Shown here: positions 13,801 through 25,514 of the stretch, piece by piece
Layout: each line of letters begins with the position of its first letter
Numbering within the stretch: position 1 is the stretch's first letter
From: Saccostrea cucullata
Lineage: Eukaryota
DNA: 64,000 bases
Assembly: GCF_032062105.1 (NCBI RefSeq)
Contig: NW_026936725.1
Coordinates: forward strand, 496,001 to 560,000
Direction of reading: 5' to 3'
The notes under the pieces: model-generated
What the model saw: only the letters and a program-made list of their open reading frames with translations
Told to the model about the DNA's origin: nothing
Database searches by the model: none
Position numbers and translations under genes: made by a program

Positions 13801-15276
13801 CCACCCTCACAGATAAGTAAACTCTAGCTTATGAAAAATAACATTTTCGAGACTGAGATTACTTTTTTTATTTAAAAAAAATAGCAGAAAATTGATACTC
13901 AAAAATGATCAAATGTACTAATGCCTTATACATGCGTTAAATGTTCAGGTTATGCGTAAATGTCAGCTCATCTAAACAAAAAGTCGCAAATAAATCTAAC
14001 TGTGTAAAAAGAATTCTGTGATTTCTCTTATCTTGGTAAATTACAGATCCTCATAATCTTGGAATAAGATGCAAAGTGAACGGAATAATTAAACAGAATA
14101 GCAACACAAACCAACTTGTACACAAGTCGGCTGCAATAATCGCACATATTTCAAGGTACTGGCAAATCACTCCAATATTATCAGGGTTTTGTGGAACAAC
14201 ACTCGAAAAGTTTCTGATCATATGGTCACTAGAATCAAATATGTCGTATAGTGAATGTTATGTTGTATATTTGGAATTTACCGGATGGCGGGAAAATACA
14301 AATTAATACTGCCACAAGGTATATTCAAAATAAACATGCATGACACCGACGAAATTATTTTTTAAATATTTACAATCCTCAATTTTAGAATTTTTCTACT
14401 TGAAAATGCATCAGAGATAAAACAAGATACTGAAGAAATTTCACATTGAGATTGTTTTGAATTCCAATATGTTACAAACCAAATACGTAGCCCATAGACT
14501 ACCACAAATCTTAACTAAAATGCACTTGTGTAAATGTCCCGTTCAGATTCCTCACTCTGAAGCCGGGCGATGTGGTACTGACAGGCACGCCCCCTGGTGT
14601 GGGTTTTACCAGGAACCCTCCAGAATTCTTACAGGTAAGAACTTCATATTTAATGTTCATTAATCAAGAGTACATGTAAGTACCTTAATTTTACAGCAGT
14701 TAGAAATTTTATTTTATGGCATATTTTTTGATAAGTTCAGATATAAAAAAAATAACAAGCTATATCTATTTATTTTATTACTATATTTAGATATAGGACT
14801 TTTTACAATATAAATACACAATTTAAATCGATCACTTTTCAAAGATATCAAAAATTTTAAACATTAATGATTTATTTACCGATCCCACTAAAATACTAAA
14901 GATTAATGTCAATTTAAAATTTTGAGGTTATTCAATTTCAATATCATAATTATGTTTTTTAATTTGAAAGTACATGTAATTAAAATATATCATGTACATA
15001 CATATCATACTTAATCTCGTATTAATAATTTTTGCAGCTCAGATACGCCAGATATAGCTTTGAATTGTTATTTATATAATTATGATATTTTGTAACACAA
15101 CATGTTATATAGTATAGGCATTTAATTAAACAGATATTGTTTGATGAATTCGATCTACACGTGACTATACTTAGTAAGGTGTTTGTTGACCGAGGCCACA
15201 GGTCAAGGCTAACCCAACGCCTAGTTAAAAGACAATAATTACATACATCAGTCCTGTTTGTATTGATGTTTTTTTT

Positions 15277-15315
<39 letters not shown>

Positions 15316-16222
15316 TTTTTTTTTTTTTTGTTTCTGGTATTCTACTTTGTTTTGGAAAGTGATATGTTTCAAAATAGTTTTTAATTCATTTACGACCAAA
15401 TCAGGCAAATTCTTCCTCTTCCAGATTAATCACCTTCGTCATGCAACCTGATGAACATCTAAACGAAATATAACACTAAATTCATATTTTAACGTTTCTA
15501 TAATCGAACCAACGATGCCAGCTTACGTACAAGCTTGATGCAAGCTTAACCCTGAAGCTGCAGACTGACTGGTTTAATTTTCAATTCGATTGTTTCCCGA
15601 CACAGTCTGCAACTTCTAGACAAACCCCAATCACAGTCACCAAGACATCATGGCAAATCACCAAGACACTGTATCGCTTTTGGTTACATACACAAGCTAA
15701 TGTCACCGAGACACTATAACTAGTCACAAAGACATTGGGGTACTGGGTTCTTGAGCTGAGTGGTATAACCAACAAATGTGTCTTTATCGTACATCGCCCA
15801 GGTACATGCACCTATCCCAAGTCTCATAACTCCAACAAAGAGTTGGACATTAGTAAAGAATGCTAGATTGATCCCTGTTTTATATTATTTTGCATCTGTT
15901 CAATAATTAGAGATTGGATGATAATTCTTCACATTTTGTTGGCTGCAATGTTAGCGTTGATTGGTTACACAAAAAATATTTCAATTGAATGATTCAAAAA
16001 CATACTTTATCCATTCTATTTCATTACAATTATTGGGGGAGTATATCTTTTTTTCTTTATTTATCATAAAAGATTTTAAATTTCTTAAAATCATAAGAGT
16101 TTAATTAACATGCCAGTTTATGAAAATTAATGACTAGCACTCTACTGACAATTTTTCAGAGAGGCGATGTTGTGCAATGTGAAATTGATGGTATCGGGAG
16201 CATATCCAACAGAGTCGTATGA
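4900..16222 (+). CDS. FAHD2: Fumarylacetoacetate hydrolase domain-containing protein 2-like (7 coding exons, ~286 aa)
   Basis: Exons 4900-5060, 5500-5716, 5835-5894, 12368-12530, 14047-14155, 14547-14634, 16160-16222. All introns are GT-AG, phases are consistent, total 861 nt. Motifs: [95 protein letters not shown]. Confidence 0.95.
6087..6433. mobile_element. Kolobok-like MITE 1
   Basis: TIRs AGGGACATGGACAGTTTCAGCT / AGTTGAAACTGCCCATGTCCCT, followed by a degenerate TTAA (TTGA). Confidence 0.65.
6438..6856. mobile_element. Kolobok-like MITE 2, abutting MITE 1
   Basis: Perfect TIRs AGAATGGATAGATTGTAAAT / ATTTACAATCTATCCATTCT, flanked by TTGA and TTAA. Confidence 0.7.
7577..8526 (+). mobile_element. 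Helentron-associated element (HINE) with internal ~140-bp tandem repeats
   Basis: AACAAG start, ~5-6 internal repeats (CTCCAAGGTCAAGGTCAAAAGGTC...GAAAGGTCTTGTCACAA...AAAGTTATGGCCAAGGTTAAA), GACA/GACG microsatellite, terminal palindrome CCCCGAAACTTCGTTTACAGGGG, then ATAAAAA. Confidence 0.8.
8955..11830 (-). mobile_element. Decayed RTE-clade LINE in FAHD2 intron 3 (antisense)
   Basis: Frameshifted APE endonuclease remnants ([41 protein letters not shown]) and RT remnants ([17 protein letters not shown]). C-terminal GGKRGR region and a short 3' end (...GCCCTATGCTCTCCAAGGAGCGAACAGGAATAAGTCAAG). 5' boundary approximate. Confidence 0.88.
12711..13645. mobile_element. HINE/Helitron-N-like element with internal ~165-170-bp satellite-like repeats
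   Basis: Starts TTTTTAGCTCATCTGAGC. Three repeats of AAATCTTCTCAAGAACCACTGGGCCAGAAAAGCTGAAACTTA...GGGGTAGGGCGGGGTCACAATA, resembling the oyster 166-bp satellite family as recalled. Confidence 0.7.
12906..13132 (-). mobile_element. 5'-truncated SINE-like retroposon nested in the HINE
   Basis: Perfect 12-bp TSD ATCAAGAAAAGA at 12894-12905 and 13133-13144. (TTGA) tail remnant at the left end and a GC-richer body. Confidence 0.75.
15585..16030 (+). repeat. Dispersed repeat, copy 1 (homologous to 35225-35715)
   Basis: Shared TTGTTTCCCGA(C/T)ACAGTCTGCAACT, GTCACCGAGACAC, GCTGAGTGGT, AACTCC(A/G)ACAAAGAGTT, TGATTGG(T/C)TACACAAAAA. Confidence 0.75.
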
Positions 16223-17077
16223 GATGATCCTACCCAGATATGTTTCAATATATTTTAAATGCATACGTAGTTCTTCATTGAATTGTCATTTTATTGCCAC
16301 TTTATAAATGTATATTGCCTGACGTGTTTGTTTTATAGTCCAGTTCGGAATGAGTACATCATTTTGATTTTGAAAAGGGAAAAGTGTTAATTTCAAGAGC
16401 TCATTAATTAATTTCTTTATCCCCTCCCCAGCCTTTGTTTATAGATAAGGCAGATATGCAACCAATGGTGTCAAGCTAAGTCGTAACCTGACCGACTGTA
16501 ACCAAATGAACTCAAACTCGGTACGTCAATTTGTGTTACCAATATAATAAGCTTTTAGCTCTGTTTCTTGAAGTACAAATATTGTAATTTAAAAAAAACA
16601 TATGTGTTCATTTATGATGTGGCAATCTTTAATGAAGTTTCAGCACAAGCATAAGAAGTGTTGATCAATATTCTCTCCCATTTATGTAAAGAAATAAAAT
16701 CTAAAATATCTCAAGAAAGAGCTTTATCCGTCAATCACACCCATTATTCGTTTTATGTAAGCATGCAGATAATACTTTAATCACGTTACAAAGGGTAAAA
16801 TAAAAAAAAAATGCACTTGTGTTTATTATTTTTTCATATATAATATAGCACAAGGCCATTTTTTTCAACGTGAGAAAAGGTAAAAAAAATTCCGAATGCA
16901 TAGAGCGCACGTGGAGGTGATTGACGGTGAAATTTCTTAGACCCTTGATTTCTTTTTAAAGCAGGGCTAGGGGTCCACTATTGATTCACACTTCAGACGC
17001 CTATGGTTTGAGCTTTGTTAAATTATCATTTGATTGAAGGGTGTTATTAGCTTCTTTTGACTTCAAAACTGAAGCTG

Positions 17078-17616
17078 TCTGGTTGAGAAAATTCGGACAG
17101 ACAAACCAGAGAACAATGGATGCACACATTGTAAAAAAAAAATGATTTATGGCGACGCTTTTTTTTGGTCGTTTGTTTTGCATAATATTTCTTGCAATAC
17201 TTGTATATGCATACTCCCGTTTCCGATAATTAATAATAATTAATATACTCATATTCCTGATTTTTAATTTTACCCTTAATTGCATATTTTAAAACTATTA
17301 AATATATTCATATTCCTGATACTTAATTTTACCTTTCATTGCATTAATTCTAGCAAACCCCCTGAATGCGAATTTTGAAGCTGACATTCCAAGGTAATAT
17401 ATATCCTTGTTTGGAACCTTTGAAAGGTAAATGAAGTATCAAGAATAGGAGTAAAACATGCTTTATTCATGGAAAACATGTTTTAAGCAGGAAAATAGAT
17501 GAAATACAAGAAATAATTCAAAAAACGATTGCAAAAAAAAACTCCGTAAATCGAATGTTTTCACAACGCTTGGATCTGTACTCTCTGGTTTGTCTGTCTG
17601 AATTTTCTCAACCAGA
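17078..17616. mobile_element. MITE-like element with ~35-bp inverted repeats between the convergent FAHD2 and DUF1647 3' ends
   Basis: TCTGGTTGAGAAAATTCGGACAGACAAACCAGAGA / TCTCTGGTTTGTCTGTCTGAATTTTCTCAACCAGA. An 11-bp direct repeat AGCTTCTTTTG lies just outside (17049-17059 and 17637-17647). Confidence 0.65.
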
Positions 17617-18044
17617 GTGTCACAGTTCTGCAGCTAAGCTTCTTTTGGGTAAATCAGGGTGCTTTTAAACAATTTGGTGCACTAAATGTACACCTCAGAT
17701 GCTGAAATGTTTTGAAGTCACCTAAAATCGATATTCGATTTTAATTTCAAGATGGAATGCTGATCTAAATGTATTTTCTTTCACAGTCTTTAAAATCTTC
17801 CAAAATGCATTAAACCCCTTTTTTATCATATCCTGATTTGATTGGCTCTAAACATTAATGCTCTGGTTTGTAAAGTTGGTATCAAGAATAATACTGCAAT
17901 ATTATTTAACGAACTCATGGCCTTCAAGCCTAATGGTCACAGTAACTACAGATTGTCAGAAAGGAAAATGTCGCTTCAGGTGAGCAGGCCGACCCGTGGA
18001 CATGTTGTTCAGTTATTGTAACACTTTCACTATAGATTGTTTTT

Positions 18045-21000
18045 TTAAGTTTTGCATATCTTTGGATTGGCTTTATCATACTTATTTATGGGCTGTAAGA
18101 AATTACTCTTCTCCATAAATATGGCAGATTTATGTCCAAGCCAATTTTTCAGAATAATATTGACAGCTGACTCGTCATAGCGATGACAGTCGGCATATTC
18201 CCGCCCTGTGACGTCAAACCTGCAACTAGGCGCAGCACCAGGGGGACTCAGACATTGTTCCTCGACTGCACAAGCAGATAGAAGTTTCATAAAATTGTTC
18301 ATCACTTCCTCTGTATTATGAATGATCATTGCCCTGACCTCAATATGAGGGGACTTAAATAACTGTGTCCTATCCACTGTTAAATATTTGTACATTTTGG
18401 GGTGTGTCACGGCGAATGTTGAGTAATCAGCGTTTTGTCCTATAACCAGGATTCCGGGCTCCTCAGATTTATGCACGAGATCATTGAACGCCATGGAACT
18501 CACTTTAAATCCAGGATTTATCCACGTGATGTGTCCAAATTCCGCTAGCGCTGTCTGAAATTTTTAAAGATGCATTTATTTGAAACAATCCTAAATCATT
18601 CGAAAAAGGAATAATCTTTTATTGTTATCTGATATTTGATATTAATCAAATTATAGTACACAGTTTGTACATAGAAATTTTTGTCTACATTGTTTGAGAC
18701 TTAAGTTCGTGATGATTAATATATGTAAGCACCGAAAAGTTTTTTTATCATATAACATTTCATATAAAATCATTAATTATTTACAACTTCAGAAACGCTA
18801 AATACAGTCTCTTATTTTTATAATCAATTCAGTAAGCGAGCGTTTTCATATTTTAAAGATATATCTCTCGTGACAAGATTTTCCAACTTTATCATGTTAT
18901 CCTTTATCATTAGCTTTGAGCTAATGTTTTAAAATGTACATGCAAACCTTTTCGTGAGAACAATCATTTTGAACTTGGAGATTTTTATGAAATGTTTTTG
19001 GGAAAAATTGCACCTTTCTGTTTTGAAGTTTTTATGATATACATGTAAGAAGGTACATAAATGCTTTTTAGTTAGGAACAATTTATATTACCTGAATGAT
19101 TAATGGTCTCCAGTGGAAGTTCGATAAGTCGTGGATAAAGCTTGGGAAAAGATTCAACCAGAAACCGCGCAGGCGCACATTGCAGAAAGCGGACAACTGT
19201 AAGAAATCAAAAAGAAAAAAGAGTACATGTAAAGATCGCAAAGAAATTGATTTTTTAAATAAAGATATGACCTATTTGTCCGTGTCTTTGTTTTGTTTAA
19301 CATTGACCAATTTAAGAATTCCCGCACACTTTGTACAATTATTGTCTGGTACTTGAGTCATTTTATGTTCACTTTGATTTTTTTTTCAATATAAACCGCT
19401 ACAAGATCGGGATCTTTCCTATAATTGTTTTATTCCATTAAACCTAAATACGTTAAAAAAGATGAAGATAACAATGGTCAAACTCATAAATTCAGCAAAG
19501 TGTACGTTTAACTTCCTCTTTACCTTCATTCGTTGAGCATCCGTAAGATCCAAATCAAACACATAAATATCTTCCTTTGGATAAAAGTATTGAACGGAAG
19601 AGACGAGGTGTTCAATCTGGCTGAACGTCTGCTGCGAGGCTGCGGTCACAATGGCGGGAATATCGTGAGTGTGGTGTCCCTCAGACAAAACAAACGTTTT
19701 AATATTACTGTTCACAACTTTGGCTATCTGTTCAGCTTTTTGTTGGAACTCCTGTTGTACTTCCGGATCTTTCCGGATCGGTTTTTCCGGATCTTTATAG
19801 TCCTCTACCGGCATATGGTCCAATTTTTGCGATTCCTGGTTGTCGTCCATTAATTGTGCTATCCGGTTTTCTATTTCCATTTCTTGTTTTAAGTCTTTCC
19901 TCTCAATTTCATTCCTAGGGTTTAATTTATTATCTAATATGTTGGTTTGGATCTCCTTCTTAGGATGGTTGTTATCAGGAGATTGTTTTTCAATATTTTC
20001 TTTTGGTTTGTTTTCCTTTTTCGTGTGTTCATCAGTTTTTACTATTTTGTGTTTTTCCGAATTTTTTTCAATTTTTACACTTTCAGTATTTTTCGTTCTT
20101 TGATTGTCAAAAACTTGCTTGGCATGATCACCTAATTTCTCTTTGACCTTTGACTCTCGCTCTAAATCTTCAAGAAATGGATTTTGGTCGTCTTCCCAAT
20201 CATTATCTGTGTTACCGGGGGCCACGCTATTTACAATGTCGTCAGGAGAAATGTCGATTATATCTCCGTGTGAGCTCGGCTGAAATAAGTGAAGATATTT
20301 AGGTTTTTGTAGTAAATTTTCAAAAATTATTCATTTAATTATTAATATTTACATTTCCAATGTCTTTGTCCGAGATAAAATTACCAATTGTAAATGTAAT
20401 TTATTTCCTCATGAATGTCTTGGCGCGGTTCCAAAAAAAACCATGTGCAGGGCGGGACAACACCTAGAGAGAAGCCGGCTTGGAGCCCGTGGATTGGCGG
20501 AATTAAAGCATGTAAATATAAGGAATAACTGTCAGATTTTACAAATTCATGAAGATGATCAATGGATTGGCTTGTGTGATAATTTTATGCATAAACGCCT
20601 TCGGCGTTTATGCAAATTATCACACAAGCCAATCCATTGATCACTTCATGAATTCGAAAAATAAGACAGTTATTCCTTAATTATTACATTCAGAAAATTA
20701 ATCACTCTTTTGAGTCTTCCGTAAATTTTTTTTCATTCCGTGTTTCACGATGTTTTGACCTGATATATATTTTAGTTTCTAAAATAATAAAATGCATAAA
20801 ATATAAATTTTACCATATTCTTAATTTTGTGTTCTAATTCATCTGGAAGATAAAAATTGTTGGATAAAAGGGGGGAAATTTCTTTGACATTTTTAGAGTA
20901 GAGAAAGACATAAACATGTACAATTAATTTTAATTCTAGTACATGTAGCTAGGCATGTGTAATTGTAATAAATTACGTACGTAAGTAAAAGACATGTATC

Positions 21001-21342
21001 TTTGATTAAAATAGAAACGTACCAAATCTTATATTGTATCACTGTAATACATGCGTAAATGTATCTTTGTAATACATGTCGATAGACACATACTACTGTA
21101 ATATATATGTACAGATAGACACGTACCTTTGTACTAGACATGTACCAATGTAGTAGACAGTCACCTACCTTTGTAATAAACCTGTATCCAGCATGAAGGA
21201 TAAAACCCAGTATGATTAAAATGATGTACTTCACGGCTTTCATAGATTTCAGTTTCTTCATAGGGACATGTTTTGTAATGTCTGCCGCACCACCCAGTTC
21301 TAGACTAGAACCACTATACTCCTTGGCTTTCCGCCGGATCAT
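18045..21342 (-). CDS. DUF1647-like (GT-A-like) type II membrane protein with a long charged stem, ~514-525 aa
   Basis: Exons 21342-21165 (or -21169), optional micro-exon 20842-20814, 20279-19524, 19196-19092, 18554-18045. N-terminal TM (YIILIILGFIL) and a K/E/N-rich stem, then IVTAAS, SVQYFYP, IYVFDLDL, FCNV, WRPLIIQ, CHRYDESAVNIIL, which match the DUF1647 pattern as recalled. Confidence 0.8.
20519..20679. repeat. Long hairpin palindrome (Crypton-like) in a DUF1647 intron
   Basis: ~75-bp arms TAAGGAATAACTGTC...GCATAAACGCC-TTC-GGCGTTTATGC...GACAGTTATTCCTTA. A related fragment occurs at ~46570-46620. Confidence 0.8.
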
Positions 21343-21566
21343 AATCAAATCAAATCCAGATTTTTACATTCTTTATTTTTACAAACGTACTATTTCTTTT
21401 GAACGTGGCGACAAAATCATTGATTGGACGAATACGTGGTAGCGGGAAACAGATGCGAGCGACAAAAGACGAAAAAAACTTTAAAGATGACATGTGTGCA
21501 TGGGTAATCCATAATTTTCAAGCATGTGACAATAATTCTTCGTGTATTCGATCGACTAGAATTGTT

Positions 21567-21966
21567 AAATTTATCTTATTAGAATTGTTAAATTTATTTT
21601 ATCTTATATAATTTTAAAAGAGTTAATCATTTATTTTAAATGAATATAAATAAATGTCAACTATAAAAAATCAAAACTGACTGAGTATTCTTCATCAATA
21701 AATTTATCTTATTAGAATTTTTAAATTTATTTTAACTTACATAATTTTTAAAAAGTTAATTATTTATTTTAAATGAATATAAATAAATGTCAACTATAAG
21801 TAAATCAAAACTGACTGAGAAATCTTCATCGATAAATTTATCTTATTAGAATTTTTAAATTTATTTTATCATATATAATTTTAAAAGAGTTAATTAAATA
21901 TTTTAAATGAATATAAATAAATTTCAACTATAAGTAAATCAAAACTAACTTTAATTTTCCATCAAT
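21567..21966. repeat. AT-rich tandem repeat, 3 x ~133 bp
   Basis: Units start AAATTTATCTTATTAGAATT at 21567, 21700 and 21834. Confidence 0.9.
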
Positions 21967-22384
21967 ACCTTTAGTTTTTAATAAAAAGTCTAAGGTTACA
22001 AATTAAACGTGATAAAATAAATAAAATCAACACGGAGAAAAACTTGTTAAAAAAGAACTTTTTTATTCCTTTGTTTGATACAATCATACAATAAAATTTA
22101 TTTTAACAAAACCACCAATTAAATGAATAAAAATGTAAAGTAATATTTCATCATAAGCAGAAATATTTTATCTTCGAGATAATTGTTATACATGTATATA
22201 GATTTTTATTTAATTTATACGCATGCACGGGGGTTTATTTCCCTCTTTTGACACAACCCCTCTGTGTTTACAATGGCTTATCAGAATTTCTTCTCCGCTT
22301 CCGTGCTGCTCAGATTCTTACAAATCTGATGCGGAATATGATTTAAAACTGTTGGAATTCGCAAAATTTTATTTATTAGTAAGC

Positions 22385-24640
22385 ATGGAGGATATATCTG
22401 CTCAACTCTACCATGCTGTTAGCAAAAATGATCCCGCCAAAGTAGAGGAATTACTGAACAGTGGAGCCAATGCAAATGAATATTATTACGACATGGAAAA
22501 TATCAGCTCCAGTTCTATTCTACACGTCTGCTGTGGAAAGGGGCACCTAGAGTCCGCACGAATCTTGGTTGACAGAGGAGCGGACATTTTGTCGCGAGAC
22601 AAATGGCGGATGTCGCCCTTGATACACGCCATCATGCCACAGTTTACAGAAATTGTTGAATTTCTGATCACAAGTAACCCGGATGTTATTAATATGTGTG
22701 ATAAATATGGAAAAGCTCCTTTACATTATGCTATAGAGTCCGACTCTGTATCTATCTTAGATCTTCTTATCCGCCATGGTGCTGATGTCAATGTCGGAAC
22801 AATGAAGGGGATTACCCCGCTGATGCTGTTGTGTTCTACGTCAGATCTACAGAACGATATAGAGATGATGCGACTGCTGATAGATCACGGAGCTCTGGTC
22901 AATCTCCGAGACGTGGCCGCCAAACGCACCGCATTGCAAGTACGGGGAGGATTGTCACGAATGTGTATCGAGTAAAATGCTTTGACCATTTACACATTCA
23001 GAAAATAGCAAAATTCCTTTTAATATATTCACTATAAAGTGCAAATTTTCCTGCCACCATTTATCTATTCTTTTGTCAGATCCTCCGTATTTTTTTATTT
23101 TCCAGTATGCAGCTCTGAAGTTGAAAATTGCCGCCGTTCAGCTTCTGTTAGAAGTCGGCTCTGACACTAACACTCTTGATGGAGCAGGAAGGACACCAAT
23201 GACGAACGTGATCCGCCAATGTGTCCGATCCGACGGATCAATCCAAACGGACGACTGCATGTCAATCATCGTGATGTTACTTCAAGCCGGAAGTGACCTC
23301 AATATGACAACATGTGAGGATTGTTGTCCACTAATGGTGGCGTCGCTTTTAAAGTGTGGGTTCTTGGTTCGATTTTTCTTAGAACACGGAGCTGATCCGG
23401 GTATTCGTTGTAAGTGTTTGCTATTTGAATTACTTTGTCTCTCAATTTTTATTGGTAAAAATGGACCACCTTTTCCAGTTATGCAAAGGACACCACTACA
23501 TGCCCTTCTTGATCGGTCTTGATTCAAGTGCAATGGCCAACATACTACTATTTAATGGGTGTGGCTGGTAAAATGTCTCATATAATTCTGTACCACCTCA
23601 TTGCCCAGTGTTTTAAATTGTTGACTGAGTGATGCCATACTTTTACCAAACTCAGTTTAGAATTGATTCCAGTGCCTCATTCTGCATTGGTTCTGATCAT
23701 TGAGAAATTACCTTGAAGGAAGGATATGCCAAACTGTAAATCAAAAGCAAGAAAAAAAACAGAAATTTGATTTCAATTAATGTTTCCAAATTATTGACTC
23801 GGACATTGCTCCTCATCGTTCAATGAATTTTAACGTGAGGGATCAAAAATGATGATAAGCAACGACATACAATACACGATTAAATATATAATATACGAGT
23901 TGCACCCCGTGAACCATTGCTTTAGCTTACTGTCTAGGAACATCAACAACATACTTCAAACTTGTATTTGAATTTATTAAACAATCAAATATGGCTCATA
24001 CATGATTTCTAAAAATGTCTCCTTCAATTAAGTAGACACAAGTTGTTTTTTTTTTTAACAAATGGAAAACTTTGTTACATAGTGTTCATTTTCAACAATA
24101 CAAATCACAATTTTGTAAAAATTTTAGTATGACTGCATTTCAAACAAATTCCTATCTTTCAAAAGAAAAACATAGAAAAATGTTATTATATTTTCAGTTG
24201 CCTCTGGTGTTTATCCCCTTTTAGCGGCTGTCGGTAACCGTGACATTCCAACAATTAAAACTCTGTTGGAGTACAACAGCCCCCTCTATCTCCAGGGACG
24301 GGTGATCAGACGCAGAGAGGAGTTCTACTATAACCCCTACGAACTGGCCGTGCATCTGGGCTGTTTTGATATCGTGGAACTTTTGTATGAATATGGTTTT
24401 AATTTATCAAAGTATCCCTACTTAGCAGACCCTTTTAATACTAAGAATATCCCCATTCCTCTTCAACAAAATCAAACAGCTCTGACATCATTGCAGGAAT
24501 TGGCCTCTAAACCACTTACGTTATTTAAGATTATATCATTAAATATTCGGACATTTCTAGGAAAGGATCTCCATCATAAAGTTGGAATGTTGCCATTACC
24601 AACATCTTTGCAGAGAGACTTAATATGTCTAGCGGGGTGA
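22385..24640 (+). CDS. Ankyrin repeat and SOCS box protein (ASB-like), paralogue A, ~433 aa
   Basis: Exons 22385-22939, 23106-23409, 24198-24640 (phases 0 and 1; 1302 nt). Multiple ankyrin repeats (GKAPLHYA, GITPLMLL) and a C-terminal SOCS box PLTLFKIISLNIR...LPLPTSLQRDL. Confidence 0.9.
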
Positions 24641-25514
24641 AAACAATTCACCTCACTTTAAAATATAATTTGTATTTTGCTTATTAATTTCATTTATTAA
24701 ATTCTAAAAATCTAATAGATAAAATGTGTTTTGGTTTCTTTTTGTGCGCATACAGTATATATGGACAGTAAATGATGTTATGACATAGGGAGAATCTTCT
24801 ACATGTAATGGTGTGATTCCAGTCTTCACATCTACTCTGAGAGTGTTCTTATGCAAGTGTTCAGCAGAGAAATACACGTGCGTGTTCTTGGCTCTTCGAC
24901 AAATGTTTCTGCGAAGTGTGTGTGTGTGGAAGTAAACAAAATATATGTATAAATAGAACCCTCTGTCTGCGAGAAAATCATAATGGTCGGGTAATGTTTG
25001 TAAATAAGGTAAGAAAAAGTCTCAGAAATTTAATGTGTGGATTGATTTTAATATACTGATTTTGAATAGAACGTAATAACATATTAATGATAAATTCCTG
25101 CAATATAAAGATATTGAAAGCGATTTCCATTTTCTGTCTACAAATATTTACACAAATCTTGTGAGGTTATTACAAAAATTTTACAAAATTCTAAGTTATC
25201 CAAGGTATGCAAACATTATTCAGATTGTCTTAATGAACAAATGTTCCTGATTTCTGAAAAAAAAATTGTTATTTATCCTGAAACAAGAATAAGTTGCATA
25301 AGCTTATGATATGGCATAAATAAGAGGAGCTTATACATGTAATATGAAGCAATGCCTGCTGCCCAATCCAATTATATTATTTCCTTACATAATAAACCGA
25401 TATAAGTTCAAATAAAATATTGCATAAATAAATATTATCTTACTTATTTTACTAAAAGAGCATACAACATTCTTTAATTTAGTTTGTTTTATTTTTTCAG
25501 TAAGATCCCCAAAG

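Noticed and set aside
15022-15408. 128-aa poly-Lys ORF and its antisense poly-Phe ORF
   Set aside because: Artefacts of the poly-T tract at ~15268-15332 inside a FAHD2 intron.
21121-21164. Third in-frame donor (AAG|GTACGT) extending DUF1647 exon 1
   Set aside because: Lies in low-complexity ACATGT-rich intron sequence that looks like a local duplication. It cannot be favoured without transcripts.
22223-22384. 54-aa N-terminal extension of ASB-A from the ORF track
   Set aside because: Paralogues B and C begin at the equivalent MEDISA/MADDIA/MDLSA directly after an acceptor. ASB-A has TTATTAG at 22379, so the extension is probably intronic.
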